64,000 nt of DNA from an uncultured delta proteobacterium (GTDB taxonomy: Bacteria > Desulfobacterota > Binatia > Binatales > Binataceae): positions 480,001 through 544,000 of the forward strand of contig CAVRVY010000003.1 of the NCBI GenBank assembly GCA_963724765.1, read 5' to 3'. Below, piece after piece: positions 18,346-27,859 of the stretch. The position numbers and the translations under genes were made by a program. Positions within the stretch are counted from its first letter, which is position 1. Each line of letters begins with the position of its first letter. The notes under the pieces were generated by a model. That model was not told the DNA's origin. It searched no databases and saw nothing but the letters and a program-made list of their open reading frames with translations.

Positions 18346-19605
18346 ATGCCAACTTCGCATTCATCCAAGCCGGCGACGGCCGCCGCGGCGCCCGGCGGCG
18401 CGTCGCGCCTAATCCTGTTCGCGACCGTCTTCTTCGACCTGCTCGGCTTCGGCATCGTGATTCCATTTCTGCCGATGTACGCCGCGCGCATGGGTGTCGG
18501 CGCGGTTGGGATCGGGCTGGTGCTCTCGGCCTACTCGATAATGCAGTTCATCTTCGCGCCGCTGCTCGGGCGGCTCTCGGATCGGATCGGCCGGCGTCCG
18601 ATCATCATGCTGGGATTGTTCGGCTCCTCGCTGAGCTACCTGATCTATGGATTCACGACTTCATTCGCGGGCCTGCTGATCTCGCGCGCGGTTCACGGCG
18701 CGTGCGCGGCGACGATTTCGACCGCACAGGCCTACGTCGCTGACACTACCGAAGAATCAAAACGCGCGCACGCGATGGGGATGATCGGCGCGGCATTCGG
18801 ATTGGGCTTCGTGCTGGGGCCGGCAGTCGGTGGCCTGCTCGGCGCGATCAGCCTGCGCACGCCGGTGCTGTTCGCGGCGGCGTTGACCTTCGTCAATCTG
18901 ATCTTCGCTGCGGTCTGGCTGCCCGAATCGCGCGATCCGCACAAGACCGCGCGCGGCACGAGCGCCGGGCCGGGCGCGCGCGCAGAGGCGCACGAAGGAT
19001 CGCGCGCAGGATCGCGATGGTCGTTCGAGCTGCCACGCCTGCTCGGGCGCCATCGCGCGCTAGCGCCCTTGTTCGTAGTGGCCTTCCTCATCACCTTCGC
19101 GATCGCCGGGTTGGAGGCGACCTTCGCACTGACCGTGCCCGCGGTTTACGGCTACGCGGCGGCCGGAGTCGGCGGACTGTTGGCCTTCGCCGGCTTGGTG
19201 CAGGCGATCGCGCAGGGCTACCTGATCGGCAAACTGGCGCCGCGCACGGGCGAGGCTGCGCTGGCGGTGGCCGGTGCGGCGGCCCTTGCGATAGGTCTGG
19301 CGCCGTTGGGAAGCTGGTCCTCGCACGCCGCGCTTTACGGGATGCTGATCCTGATCGCGTCGGGTTACGGATTCGGCACCACTGCGGTCGCCACCCTGAT
19401 TTCGCGGCGCACAGGGCGCGAGTTACAGGGCGAAGCGCTGGGGATCAACCAGTCAGTACTCTCGCTGGCGCGCGTGATCGGCCCAATTGCGGGCGGGATG
19501 GCCTACCAGGCGATGGGGCCGGCGGCGCCGTATCTGGGCGGCGCGGCAGTGGCGATGGTGGCGATGGTGGTGGCGGCGCGTATGATCCATAGTCGAGCGG
19601 CCTGA
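18346..19605 (+). CDS. MFS transporter (TetA/DHA1-like)
   Basis: GRLSDRIGRRP motif A; GFVLGPAVGG motif C; 12 TM. Confidence 0.92.
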   Translation: MPTSHSSKPATAAAAPGGASRLILFATVFFDLLGFGIVIPFLPMYAARMGVGAVGIGLVLSAYSIMQFIFAPLLGRLSDRIGRRPIIMLGLFGSSLSYLIYGFTTSFAGLLISRAVHGACAATISTAQAYVADTTEESKRAHAMGMIGAAFGLGFVLGPAVGGLLGAISLRTPVLFAAALTFVNLIFAAVWLPESRDPHKTARGTSAGPGARAEAHEGSRAGSRWSFELPRLLGRHRALAPLFVVAFLITFAIAGLEATFALTVPAVYGYAAAGVGGLLAFAGLVQAIAQGYLIGKLAPRTGEAALAVAGAAALAIGLAPLGSWSSHAALYGMLILIASGYGFGTTAVATLISRRTGRELQGEALGINQSVLSLARVIGPIAGGMAYQAMGPAAPYLGGAAVAMVAMVVAARMIHSRAA

Positions 19606-19620
19606 GGAAGGAGCGGCGCG

Positions 19621-20058
19621 ATGGTCAATTGGGCGGCCCTCATCGGATGGGGAATCGTTTTTCATCTGTTCGGCGTGATCATTTGGATCGGCAGCTTGCT
19701 GGTGATCGCGTCGATGCTCTCGTTGGCTACCGAGGAGGTGGGCGCGGCACGCGAACGGCTCATCTTGGTTTCACGACGACTGTTCCAGATCGGATGCAAT
19801 CTCGGAGCGCTGGCCACGGTCTTTTTCGGGATCATCCTGATCTTGCTCGATCCGGCCGTTCTCATGGTGGGCTGGTTGCATGCGAAGCTGGTCCTGGTGC
19901 TCGTGCTGCTCTACCTCCACTACCGGCTCTACCGCCGCATCCTGAATCTCGAGAACGACCCTTCGGGCGCCTCCGCCCGCGAATTCAAGATGATTCACGG
20001 ATTGGTCAGCGTGCTGCTGCTCGCGATTCTCGCGCTCGCCGTGCTCAAGCCGTTCTAG
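19621..20058 (+). CDS. hemJ: Protoporphyrinogen oxidase HemJ / CopD-like membrane protein
   Basis: H...V..W motif, WLHAKL, C-terminal KPF. Confidence 0.7.
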   Translation: MVNWAALIGWGIVFHLFGVIIWIGSLLVIASMLSLATEEVGAARERLILVSRRLFQIGCNLGALATVFFGIILILLDPAVLMVGWLHAKLVLVLVLLYLHYRLYRRILNLENDPSGASAREFKMIHGLVSVLLLAILALAVLKPF

Positions 20059-20106
20059 TGCGGTGGTCTCAAGATACCCTGCGACCCCAGCCCGCGGGAA
20101 CCGCGC

Positions 20107-20134
20107 GAGATTCTTTATTTCGTTCAGGATGACA
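20107..20134 (-). repeat. Possible REP-like half element (TGTCATCCTGAACGAAATAAAGAATCTC)
   Basis: Resembles the TGTCATCCTGAGCGAAGCGAAGGATC-type intergenic repeat as I recall it; single copy here, between convergent genes. Confidence 0.3.
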
Positions 20135-20157
20135 GGACTGTAGCGGCGGAAGTTTTA

Positions 20158-20850
20158 TTAGCGGCGGAACTGCACGACGCGATTGCCGGCGACTTCCTGC
20201 ATGCCCGGAACGTGCATCGGAACTCTTCTGCCAATCCTGGGCACGATCGGAAAGGGATTGCGGAATTGCAGGGTTTGGCCGTCGAAAGTTTCGAAACTGA
20301 CCGCGGTCGCGACATTGACCGTCATCTCGAGCGCCACCCCTTCCAACACCATCGCTTGCGTCCAGGCCCGACTGCCGTCCACGCCTCTGACATAGTGCCA
20401 TTCGATCGGAGGGCCTACGCGAGTGAAAGTCTTATACAAAGCGCTAGTGTCGCGCGGCTTGAGCAGCGCGTAAGCCACGATGGCCTGGGCGCGTCGGAGG
20501 CCGGCCAGGATATATCCAGCATGGCGCACCAGCCGTGCCGCACCAGGCGCGAGCGCCCACAGTTCACCGCATTCGTATACGCTTTCGGGCGGTAGATGGG
20601 TCAGGTCTGGACGCGGATAGCTCTGCGGGAACATCGCCAGATTGTGGAACACAAATCCCGCGAGCATCTCGTCCGGATCGGGTCCTGCCTCATTATAAAG
20701 GGCGCAGACCTGACCGTAGTTAAGATGAATTTCTCCAACGAGTGATTGCGGCGCCTCGCAAAAACCCAGCCCTCTTCCGGCTCTTGCACGGGTCATTCGA
20801 TCGGCGAATTCACGCCGTTCGGATTGCGTTGTTAGGATCCGCAATTGCAA
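20158..20850 (-). CDS. Hypothetical protein, possible LuxI/FeeM-like GNAT acyltransferase
   Basis: 230-aa ORF with TTG start; LPPESVYECGELW and ALYKTFTRVGPPI patterns fit a GNAT strand/helix order. Confidence 0.55.
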   Translation of the reverse strand: MQLRILTTQSERREFADRMTRARAGRGLGFCEAPQSLVGEIHLNYGQVCALYNEAGPDPDEMLAGFVFHNLAMFPQSYPRPDLTHLPPESVYECGELWALAPGAARLVRHAGYILAGLRRAQAIVAYALLKPRDTSALYKTFTRVGPPIEWHYVRGVDGSRAWTQAMVLEGVALEMTVNVATAVSFETFDGQTLQFRNPFPIVPRIGRRVPMHVPGMQEVAGNRVVQFRR

Positions 20851-21055
20851 TGCATCACCTTGGGTTCATCCTGCGGCCAATATCTCTATCTTTGTGACTT
20901 ATCTTTTAGCCTAATGTTGCATGTTTGCAAAGAGCTTGATGCAGAACTGCCTGCTTTCAATCACCTAGAAACCCAATTTATCGCGAATTCACTCGATTTT
21001 CTTTGGGCACATTAATTGCGCGTAGAGCCAATCTGAGGGGTTCAGGAGCCCTATA

Positions 21056-23743
21056 ATGCGCCAACTCATTTCGGCAAGCTCTGAAGACCCCAATTCGGAG
21101 AGCTTCAGCTTTGATCTGAAGCCTACTTTGCCCGACGACGCCTGGGCGGTGCTGCTCACGCGCGTCGGCATCATTATCATCCTCGTCACGCAACCTCTGT
21201 TCATAGTCTCAGAACTCAGACTTGGCAACGCGCAAGAAGTCAATCCCTGGCTGCTCGCCGGTTTTCATCTCTTCAATTTTGCCGCCGCGTCCGCCGGGCT
21301 CGGCATAAGTTGGACGCGCGCGTTTCGCGAGCACTGGCGCTCGGCGGCTTTCTCGCTGTGCGCGATGCTTATCGTCAGCTCGACCGTGATGAGCATGGCG
21401 GCGGGCGGGCGTCACGAGGCGTTATTCGTCTCGTTGCTGCTCATCATGCTGGGCTCCGCGATGCTGGTGCCGTGGGAAGCACCGTGGCAGTTGGGGCTCG
21501 GCTTGCTCAGCGTATCCGCGCTGCTGGCCAACACGATGCTGGCCAGCCACGCGAACCTTAACGTCTTCTATCATTGGTTGGGCGTCATCACCGCGGCGTG
21601 CCTCTCGCAGTGCGCGACGAGCTTCGGTGTGCGTTACCGCGAGCGCACGCAGCAGTACAAGGCGCTGCGCGAACGCGACCTGCAACTCGGCGAAAGCGAG
21701 GAAAAATTCCGCCGCGTGTTCGAAACCAGCTCCGACGCGATCATCATCACCCGAACCAGGGACGGCCACGTCATCGACCTCAACCGCGAGTTCGTCGACC
21801 GCACCGGTTACACCCGCGAGGAAGTGCTCGGCCGCAGACCCTCGGACCTTGACCTGTGGGACGACCGCGAGCAGGCTAGGCTGCTGTCCGAAGCGATCAA
21901 GGCGACCGGCTTCGCGCGCAATGTCGAGGGCCGCTTCCGGATGCGCAACGGCGAGCCGGTCACGGCGCTGATTTCCTCGGTCAGGGCGATGATCAACGGT
22001 GAGGAGTGCGTGATAAGCGCCGTGCGCGACGTGACCGAGCTGCGCAAGGTCCACGAGGCATTGGTCGCCGCGCGCGAGGTTGCGCTGGCGGCTTCGGAAG
22101 CCAAGTCGCAATTCCTCTCCTGCATGTCGCACGAGATCCGCACTCCGCTCAACGTCATCCTCGGCTCGGCCGATCTGCTCACCGACACCCAACTCGGCCC
22201 CGAGCAGCGCCATTACGTCGATCGCGTGATCAACAACGGCTCCAACCTGCTCGAGCTTCTCAACAGCATCCTCGACCTCACCCGAGTCGAAAGCGGACAG
22301 CTCAGCCTCGAGCAGTCGCCCTTCAACGTCGCCGAGCTGACCGAGCGCGTCGCCGACACGCTCGCTCTGCGTACGCGCGAGACCCAGGTCGAACTGGTGA
22401 CCCGCTTCGCCCCCGATCTGCCGGTCACCCTGCTCGGCGATCCGCTGCGGCTCAACCAGGTGCTGACCAACCTCGTCGGCAACGCGCTCAAGTTCACCGA
22501 GCACGGCGAGGTCGTTGTCACCATCGAGCGCGACACGCAGAGCCGCGATCCCGGCGCGCTGCGCTTTTCGGTAAGCGACACCGGCATCGGCATCGAGCCC
22601 GAAAAGCTCACCTCGATTTTTTCGCCCTTCGCCCAGGCCGACTCCTCGACCACGCGCAAATACGGCGGCAGCGGGCTGGGACTCGCGATCGTCGAGCGCC
22701 TGGTGCAGTTAATGGGCGGCCGAGTATGGGTTCAAAGCGAAGTCGGCAAGGGCAGCACCTTTCACTTCACCGCCCGCTTTGGCGTGGCGCAGGGCGCAGG
22801 GGCGGCGCCGGCGCGGATCGACCTGGGCGGCGTGCGGGTGCTGATCATGGACCGCAACGCCACCTGCCGCGCTACCGCGCGCGAGATTTTCGAAACCCAT
22901 GGCGCCACCGTGATCGAGGCCGCCTCAACGGACGAGGCCACGGCGGCGGTCGAGCAGGCTACCCGCGCCGCCGAGCCGTTCGAACTCGTGTTCGCCGATT
23001 GCTCGCGCCCTGAGGCCGGCGGTTTCGAGCTCGCCCGGCGCATCGGCGCAAGCGCGGGCGCCACGGCCGGGCTCACGGTGGCAACCGTCAGTTCGTACGA
23101 TCTGTCGAAAGCCTTCGTCGGACTGCGTGAAGCCGGCCTCGAACACTACGTGGTCAAGCCGCTCAAGCGTGCCGACCTGCTGGCCGCGGCGGCGGACTTC
23201 GCAAAGCGCGCTCCGGCCGCAAAACCGTTGACCGGCGCAGCCGCCGGCGCGTTCGATCAGTCCGCGGCAACGCTGCCAGATAATCTCACGGCATCGACCG
23301 TGCAGGTGGCTCTGCCGATCGGCGCTGGTGAGCCTGCGGCGGCGCCCTGCCGAATTCTGCTGGCCGATGATTCAATCGACAACCGCCTGTTGATTCGCGC
23401 CTATCTCGGCAGGACCGGTTATGGACTCGACGAAGCCGAGAACGGCCAGGTCGCGGTCGACAAACTCCTAAGCGGCCGCTACGACCTCGTCCTGATGGAC
23501 ATCCAGATGCCGGTGATGGACGGTTTCACGGCCGTGCGGCGCATCCGGCAATGGGAGCACGAGCATGGCGCGCGCCGCACCCCAATCATCGCACTGACGG
23601 CGTCCACCTTCGACGAAACCGTACGCAAGGCGGTCGAGGCCGGATGCGACTCGCATCTGGGCAAGCCGCTCAAGCGCGCCACCCTGCTGCGCGTCATTCG
23701 CGAGACCGCGCTCGGCGACCGACACGCCTCCGCCGCGGCCTGA
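21056..23743 (+). CDS. Hybrid sensor histidine kinase (about 6 TM, PAS, HisKA, HATPase, 2 REC)
   Basis: MSHEIRTPLN, NLVGNALKFT, DTGIG, GGSGLGL, LMDIQMP. Confidence 0.95.
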   Translation: MRQLISASSEDPNSESFSFDLKPTLPDDAWAVLLTRVGIIIILVTQPLFIVSELRLGNAQEVNPWLLAGFHLFNFAAASAGLGISWTRAFREHWRSAAFSLCAMLIVSSTVMSMAAGGRHEALFVSLLLIMLGSAMLVPWEAPWQLGLGLLSVSALLANTMLASHANLNVFYHWLGVITAACLSQCATSFGVRYRERTQQYKALRERDLQLGESEEKFRRVFETSSDAIIITRTRDGHVIDLNREFVDRTGYTREEVLGRRPSDLDLWDDREQARLLSEAIKATGFARNVEGRFRMRNGEPVTALISSVRAMINGEECVISAVRDVTELRKVHEALVAAREVALAASEAKSQFLSCMSHEIRTPLNVILGSADLLTDTQLGPEQRHYVDRVINNGSNLLELLNSILDLTRVESGQLSLEQSPFNVAELTERVADTLALRTRETQVELVTRFAPDLPVTLLGDPLRLNQVLTNLVGNALKFTEHGEVVVTIERDTQSRDPGALRFSVSDTGIGIEPEKLTSIFSPFAQADSSTTRKYGGSGLGLAIVERLVQLMGGRVWVQSEVGKGSTFHFTARFGVAQGAGAAPARIDLGGVRVLIMDRNATCRATAREIFETHGATVIEAASTDEATAAVEQATRAAEPFELVFADCSRPEAGGFELARRIGASAGATAGLTVATVSSYDLSKAFVGLREAGLEHYVVKPLKRADLLAAAADFAKRAPAAKPLTGAAAGAFDQSAATLPDNLTASTVQVALPIGAGEPAAAPCRILLADDSIDNRLLIRAYLGRTGYGLDEAENGQVAVDKLLSGRYDLVLMDIQMPVMDGFTAVRRIRQWEHEHGARRTPIIALTASTFDETVRKAVEAGCDSHLGKPLKRATLLRVIRETALGDRHASAAA

Positions 23744-23764
23744 GCTTCGGGCCGTCCGGGGCGC

Positions 23765-24958
23765 TCAGGCGGCCGAGCCGTTGTAGGCGCGGTCGGCGGC
23801 GGCAAGCGATTTGCCGCGCGCGATCTCGAAGCCCATCGACTCCAGGATCGTCTCGAGCGCGCTCAGGATCAGCATCACGTTCTCGCGCTTGCACGACTCA
23901 CCCATCAGGCCGATGCGCCACACCTTGCCCTTGAGCGGCCCCAACCCGGCGCCGATCTCGATGTTGAACTTTTCCAGCAGTTGCGCACGCACCCTGGCCT
24001 CGTCGATCCCGGACGGCACCGCGACCGTGGTGAGCTGCGGCAGCCGGAAGCCCGGCTGCGCCGCGAGCCCCAGCCCCATCCCCTCGATTCCCGCCTGCAG
24101 CGCGGCTGCGTTGCCGCGATGGCGCCGAAAGCGCGCCTCGGACCCCTCCTCGACCATGATCCTGAGCGCCTCGTACAAGGCGTAGTTCATCGTGATCGGC
24201 GCGGTGTGATGATAGACGCGGTCGGGTCCCCAGTACTTCTCGATCAGCGAGAGGTCGAAGTACCACGAGGTGCACGGCGTCTTGCGCTTGCGTACGACTT
24301 CCATCGCCCGCGCGCTGAAGGTCACCGGTGACAGTCCCGGCGGTGCGCCGATACCTTTTTGCGTGCAACTGTAGCAGGCGTCGATCTGCCACGCGTCGAT
24401 CTCCAGCGGCACGCATCCGAGCGACGTCACTCCGTCGGCCGTCATCAGCGCGCCGTGCGCATGCGCCATCTTCGAGATCTCCTCGATCGGCTGATGGATC
24501 CCGGTCGAGGTTTCGGCGTGCACGATTGCGACCAGCTTGGGCGACTTGGCCGCCTTGAGCGCCTGCTCGATCCGCTCGGGCTCGACGATTCTGCCCCACT
24601 CGGCGTCGACCCGATGGATCCGCGCGCCGAGCCGCGTCGCGACTTCGACCATCCGCGCGCCGAACACGCCGGCCGTGCCGATCACCACCTCGTCGCCCGC
24701 CTCGACCAGGTTCGCCATCACGGTTTGCATCCCGGCCGAGCCCGTGCCGGAGACCGGGAAAGTGATCTCGTTGGCGGTGCTGAAAACTATCCTCAGCATC
24801 TTTTTGATGTCGTCCATCACCTTGACGAAGTCGGGATCGAGATGGCCGACCATCGGCGACAGCATCGCCTTCATTACCCGCGGATGAATGTTCGAGGGGC
24901 CCGGTCCAAGGAGCACGCGGGCGGACGGTTGCAACTCCGGAAACGAGGAACTTGGCAA
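23765..24958 (-). CDS. Alanine/serine--glyoxylate aminotransferase (class V PLP)
   Basis: LLGPGPS, SGTGSAGM, VHAETSTG, CTQKG, YHHTAP, WRIGLMG; TTG start after a purine-rich GGGAG SD. Confidence 0.92.
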   Translation of the reverse strand: MPSSSFPELQPSARVLLGPGPSNIHPRVMKAMLSPMVGHLDPDFVKVMDDIKKMLRIVFSTANEITFPVSGTGSAGMQTVMANLVEAGDEVVIGTAGVFGARMVEVATRLGARIHRVDAEWGRIVEPERIEQALKAAKSPKLVAIVHAETSTGIHQPIEEISKMAHAHGALMTADGVTSLGCVPLEIDAWQIDACYSCTQKGIGAPPGLSPVTFSARAMEVVRKRKTPCTSWYFDLSLIEKYWGPDRVYHHTAPITMNYALYEALRIMVEEGSEARFRRHRGNAAALQAGIEGMGLGLAAQPGFRLPQLTTVAVPSGIDEARVRAQLLEKFNIEIGAGLGPLKGKVWRIGLMGESCKRENVMLILSALETILESMGFEIARGKSLAAADRAYNGSAA

Positions 24959-25153
24959 AGGCGGTCTCCCTTTTAAGCGCCGGTTAGGTTGAGCGGCGCT
25001 CGGGAGCGCGGCCCGTCGCCGGCGGCGATTTTGCGCTGCGACCATTATTGACCGGACGGGCGCGCATGGCAAAAGCGCGCGCCGCGCGCGGCGGCCGCAG
25101 CGCGCCGCGCGTATCGGATCCGATTCAGCGCGATCATGCTACAGTAGCTGGCC

Positions 25154-26593
25154 GTGGAAAGCCTCGCCGCCGCCTCGCAACTCGCCGCGGAGCTGGCCGA
25201 AATCGTCGGCGCCGACGGAGTCGTCTCGCATCTGAGCGAACTCGCCGTCTACGAGTGCGACGGATGGACGATCGGCAAAAGCGCGCCCGACCTGCTGGTG
25301 CTGCCGCGAACCACCGCGCACGTAAGCGGCGTTCTGGCCGCGCTCGCGCGGCGCGCAGTGCCCTTCGTCCCGCGCGGCGCGGGCACCGGGTTGTCCGGCG
25401 GGTGCCTGCCGCTCAACGCGCCGGTGATGATATGCACGTCGCGCATGAACCATATCGTTGCCTGCGACCTCGCCAATCGGCGTATCGAGGTTGAAAGCGG
25501 CGTGGTCAATATCAACGTGACCAACGCGGTCAAGACGGCCGGCTACTTTTACGCGCCCGACCCTTCCTCGCAGGCCGCCTGCACCATCGGCGGCAACATC
25601 GCCGAGAACTCGGGCGGCCCGCATACGCTCAAGTACGGCGTCACCACCAACCACGTGCTGGGAGTCGAACTGGTGCTCGCGGGCGGCGAAGTCGTCGAGC
25701 TGGGCGGCGCGGCCGACGAGCGCCTGGGCTACGACCTGCTCGGCGCCGTGGTAGGCGCAGAGGGCACCGCGGGAATCGTGACGCGCGCGACGCTGAGGTT
25801 GCTCCGCGAACCGCAGGCGCATCGCACGATGCTCGGAATTTTCGCCGACGTCGAACGCGCAACCGCGGCGGTCAGCGCGATTATCGCCGCCGGAATAATT
25901 CCGGGCGCGATCGAAATGATGGACACGCTCATCATTCGCGCGGTCGAGGCGGCCTTCAAAGTCGGCTTTCCCGCCGACGCCGGCGCCGTGCTGATCGTCG
26001 AGATCGACGGGCTGGAGGTGGGGCTCAGCGAGCGCGCCGAGCGCATCGCGCGCATCGCCACCGAGGCCGGCGCGGTCGAGGTGAAACTGGCACGCGACGA
26101 GGCCGAGCGTGCGCTCCTATGGAAGGCGCGCAAGCGCGCTTTCGGCGCGGTCGGCCGGCTCGCGCCAAACTATGCCACCCAGGACGGCGTGGTGCCGCGC
26201 ACGCGGCTGCCCGACATTCTGCGCGTGATCACGATGCTCAGCCGCCACTACCAGCTCGCGATCGGCAACGTCTTCCATGCCGGCGACGGCAACATCCATC
26301 CGATCGTACTCTACGACGAGCGCGATCCCGACCAGGTGCGGCGTGCGATCGAAGTCGGCCGCGAAATTCTGAAGGCCTGCGTGGAGATGGGCGGCAGCCT
26401 GACCGGCGAGCACGGCATCGGGGTCGAGAAGCAGAATGAGATGCCGCTGCTGTTCGCGCCCGAGGATCTCATCGTGATGAGCGAGCTGCGCCGCGTGTTC
26501 GATCCTGCCGGACACGCCAACCCCAACAAGATCATTCCGCAACCCGGCGGCTGCGTCGAAGTTGCCGCGCCGCGCCGCCAGGCCCCGCTGTAG
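25154..26593 (+). CDS. glcD: Glycolate oxidase subunit GlcD
   Basis: PRGAGTGLSGG, APDPSSQ, FHAGDGNIHP, GEHGIG. Confidence 0.9.
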   Translation: MESLAAASQLAAELAEIVGADGVVSHLSELAVYECDGWTIGKSAPDLLVLPRTTAHVSGVLAALARRAVPFVPRGAGTGLSGGCLPLNAPVMICTSRMNHIVACDLANRRIEVESGVVNINVTNAVKTAGYFYAPDPSSQAACTIGGNIAENSGGPHTLKYGVTTNHVLGVELVLAGGEVVELGGAADERLGYDLLGAVVGAEGTAGIVTRATLRLLREPQAHRTMLGIFADVERATAAVSAIIAAGIIPGAIEMMDTLIIRAVEAAFKVGFPADAGAVLIVEIDGLEVGLSERAERIARIATEAGAVEVKLARDEAERALLWKARKRAFGAVGRLAPNYATQDGVVPRTRLPDILRVITMLSRHYQLAIGNVFHAGDGNIHPIVLYDERDPDQVRRAIEVGREILKACVEMGGSLTGEHGIGVEKQNEMPLLFAPEDLIVMSELRRVFDPAGHANPNKIIPQPGGCVEVAAPRRQAPL

Positions 26594-26596
26594 CCG

Positions 26597-27859
26597 ATGA
26601 GCGACACCCAGGCCGACAAGGTCGAAAATGCGATCCACCGGCTGCTGGGCGCCGAGCGCGTGCGCGCGCCGCGCGGGCGCGAAATCCTGGCCGCGCGGAT
26701 AATCGCCGAACCGCGCGACAGCGATGAGATCGCCGCGATCGTCCGCCAATGCGAAACCCACCGGATCACGCTCGCGCCGCTCGGCGCCGCGCGCACGCTC
26801 GGCGAAATCCGCCGCGCGCCCGCGATGCTCGGCGTCTCGCTCGCCCGCATGGACCGTATCGTTGCCTACGAGCCGGACGACATGACCGTGATCGCTGAGG
26901 CCGGGATGACGCTTGGCGCGCTCAACCAGCGCCTGGGAGAGCACGGACAGCGCCTGCCGCTCGACCCGCGCAGCCCCGATGCAACAACGCTCGGCGCGTT
27001 GATTGGGGCGTCGCAGGCCGGCCCGCTCAGGCTTTCCGAGGGCACGCCGCGCGACCTGCTGATCGGCGTGCGCTTCGTCGGTCACGCGGGACGCGCGGTG
27101 CACGGCGGCGGCAGGGTAGTCAAAAACGTCGCCGGCTATGATTTGATGAAAGTGATGACCGGATCGTTCGGGACGCTCGGAATAATCACGGAGGCTGCTT
27201 TCAAGCTGCGGCCGATTCCCGAGGGCTACACGACGGGTATCGCGCCGTTTGCGCGCGCGGCCGACGCTTTCGGCGCGGCGATGAAGCTTCATGACACGCT
27301 GCCGCTGGTTCACGTCGAGGTGCTGAGCCCCGCGTTTGCCGCGCGCTTCGGCCATCCGGGCGCTTTTCTGCTGATGGCCGCGATCGCCGGCAATGCCTCC
27401 GAGTTGGAGTATCAGCGTGGCCATTTCGGCGGGCTTGACGGCGTCGCGTTCAGCGAAGGTGCGCGCGCCGTCGAGACCTATGAGCAACTGCGCGATCTCG
27501 AATTTGCGCCCGCTGCGATCGCCGCCCAGCTCGCCACCGCGCCAGCCGAGCTCGGCCGATGCGTCGAGGGCCTGGGCGCCGAATTTCGTGCGCACGCGGG
27601 ATGCGGCGTCGCGCAGATTTTCATCGGCGGCGAGTTTGACTACCCCGCGCAGGCGCGGGAGACGCTTAACCGATGGCGCGGCGCGGCGCACGCCGCGCAT
27701 GGCCATCTGCGGCTGCTCGCGGCCGCGCCGGCGCTCCGATCGGAACTGGATTTTTTCGACGAACCGCCGGCCAGCGCGCTCAAGCTGATGCGCCGGCTCA
27801 AGACCGCGTTCGACCCGGCCGGAATTTTCAATCCCGGATGTTTCGTTGGGGGAATTTGA
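26597..27859 (+). CDS. glcE: Glycolate oxidase FAD subunit GlcE
   Basis: GGRVVKNVAGYDLMK, FDPAGIFNPG; operon position. Confidence 0.85.
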   Translation: MSDTQADKVENAIHRLLGAERVRAPRGREILAARIIAEPRDSDEIAAIVRQCETHRITLAPLGAARTLGEIRRAPAMLGVSLARMDRIVAYEPDDMTVIAEAGMTLGALNQRLGEHGQRLPLDPRSPDATTLGALIGASQAGPLRLSEGTPRDLLIGVRFVGHAGRAVHGGGRVVKNVAGYDLMKVMTGSFGTLGIITEAAFKLRPIPEGYTTGIAPFARAADAFGAAMKLHDTLPLVHVEVLSPAFAARFGHPGAFLLMAAIAGNASELEYQRGHFGGLDGVAFSEGARAVETYEQLRDLEFAPAAIAAQLATAPAELGRCVEGLGAEFRAHAGCGVAQIFIGGEFDYPAQARETLNRWRGAAHAAHGHLRLLAAAPALRSELDFFDEPPASALKLMRRLKTAFDPAGIFNPGCFVGGI

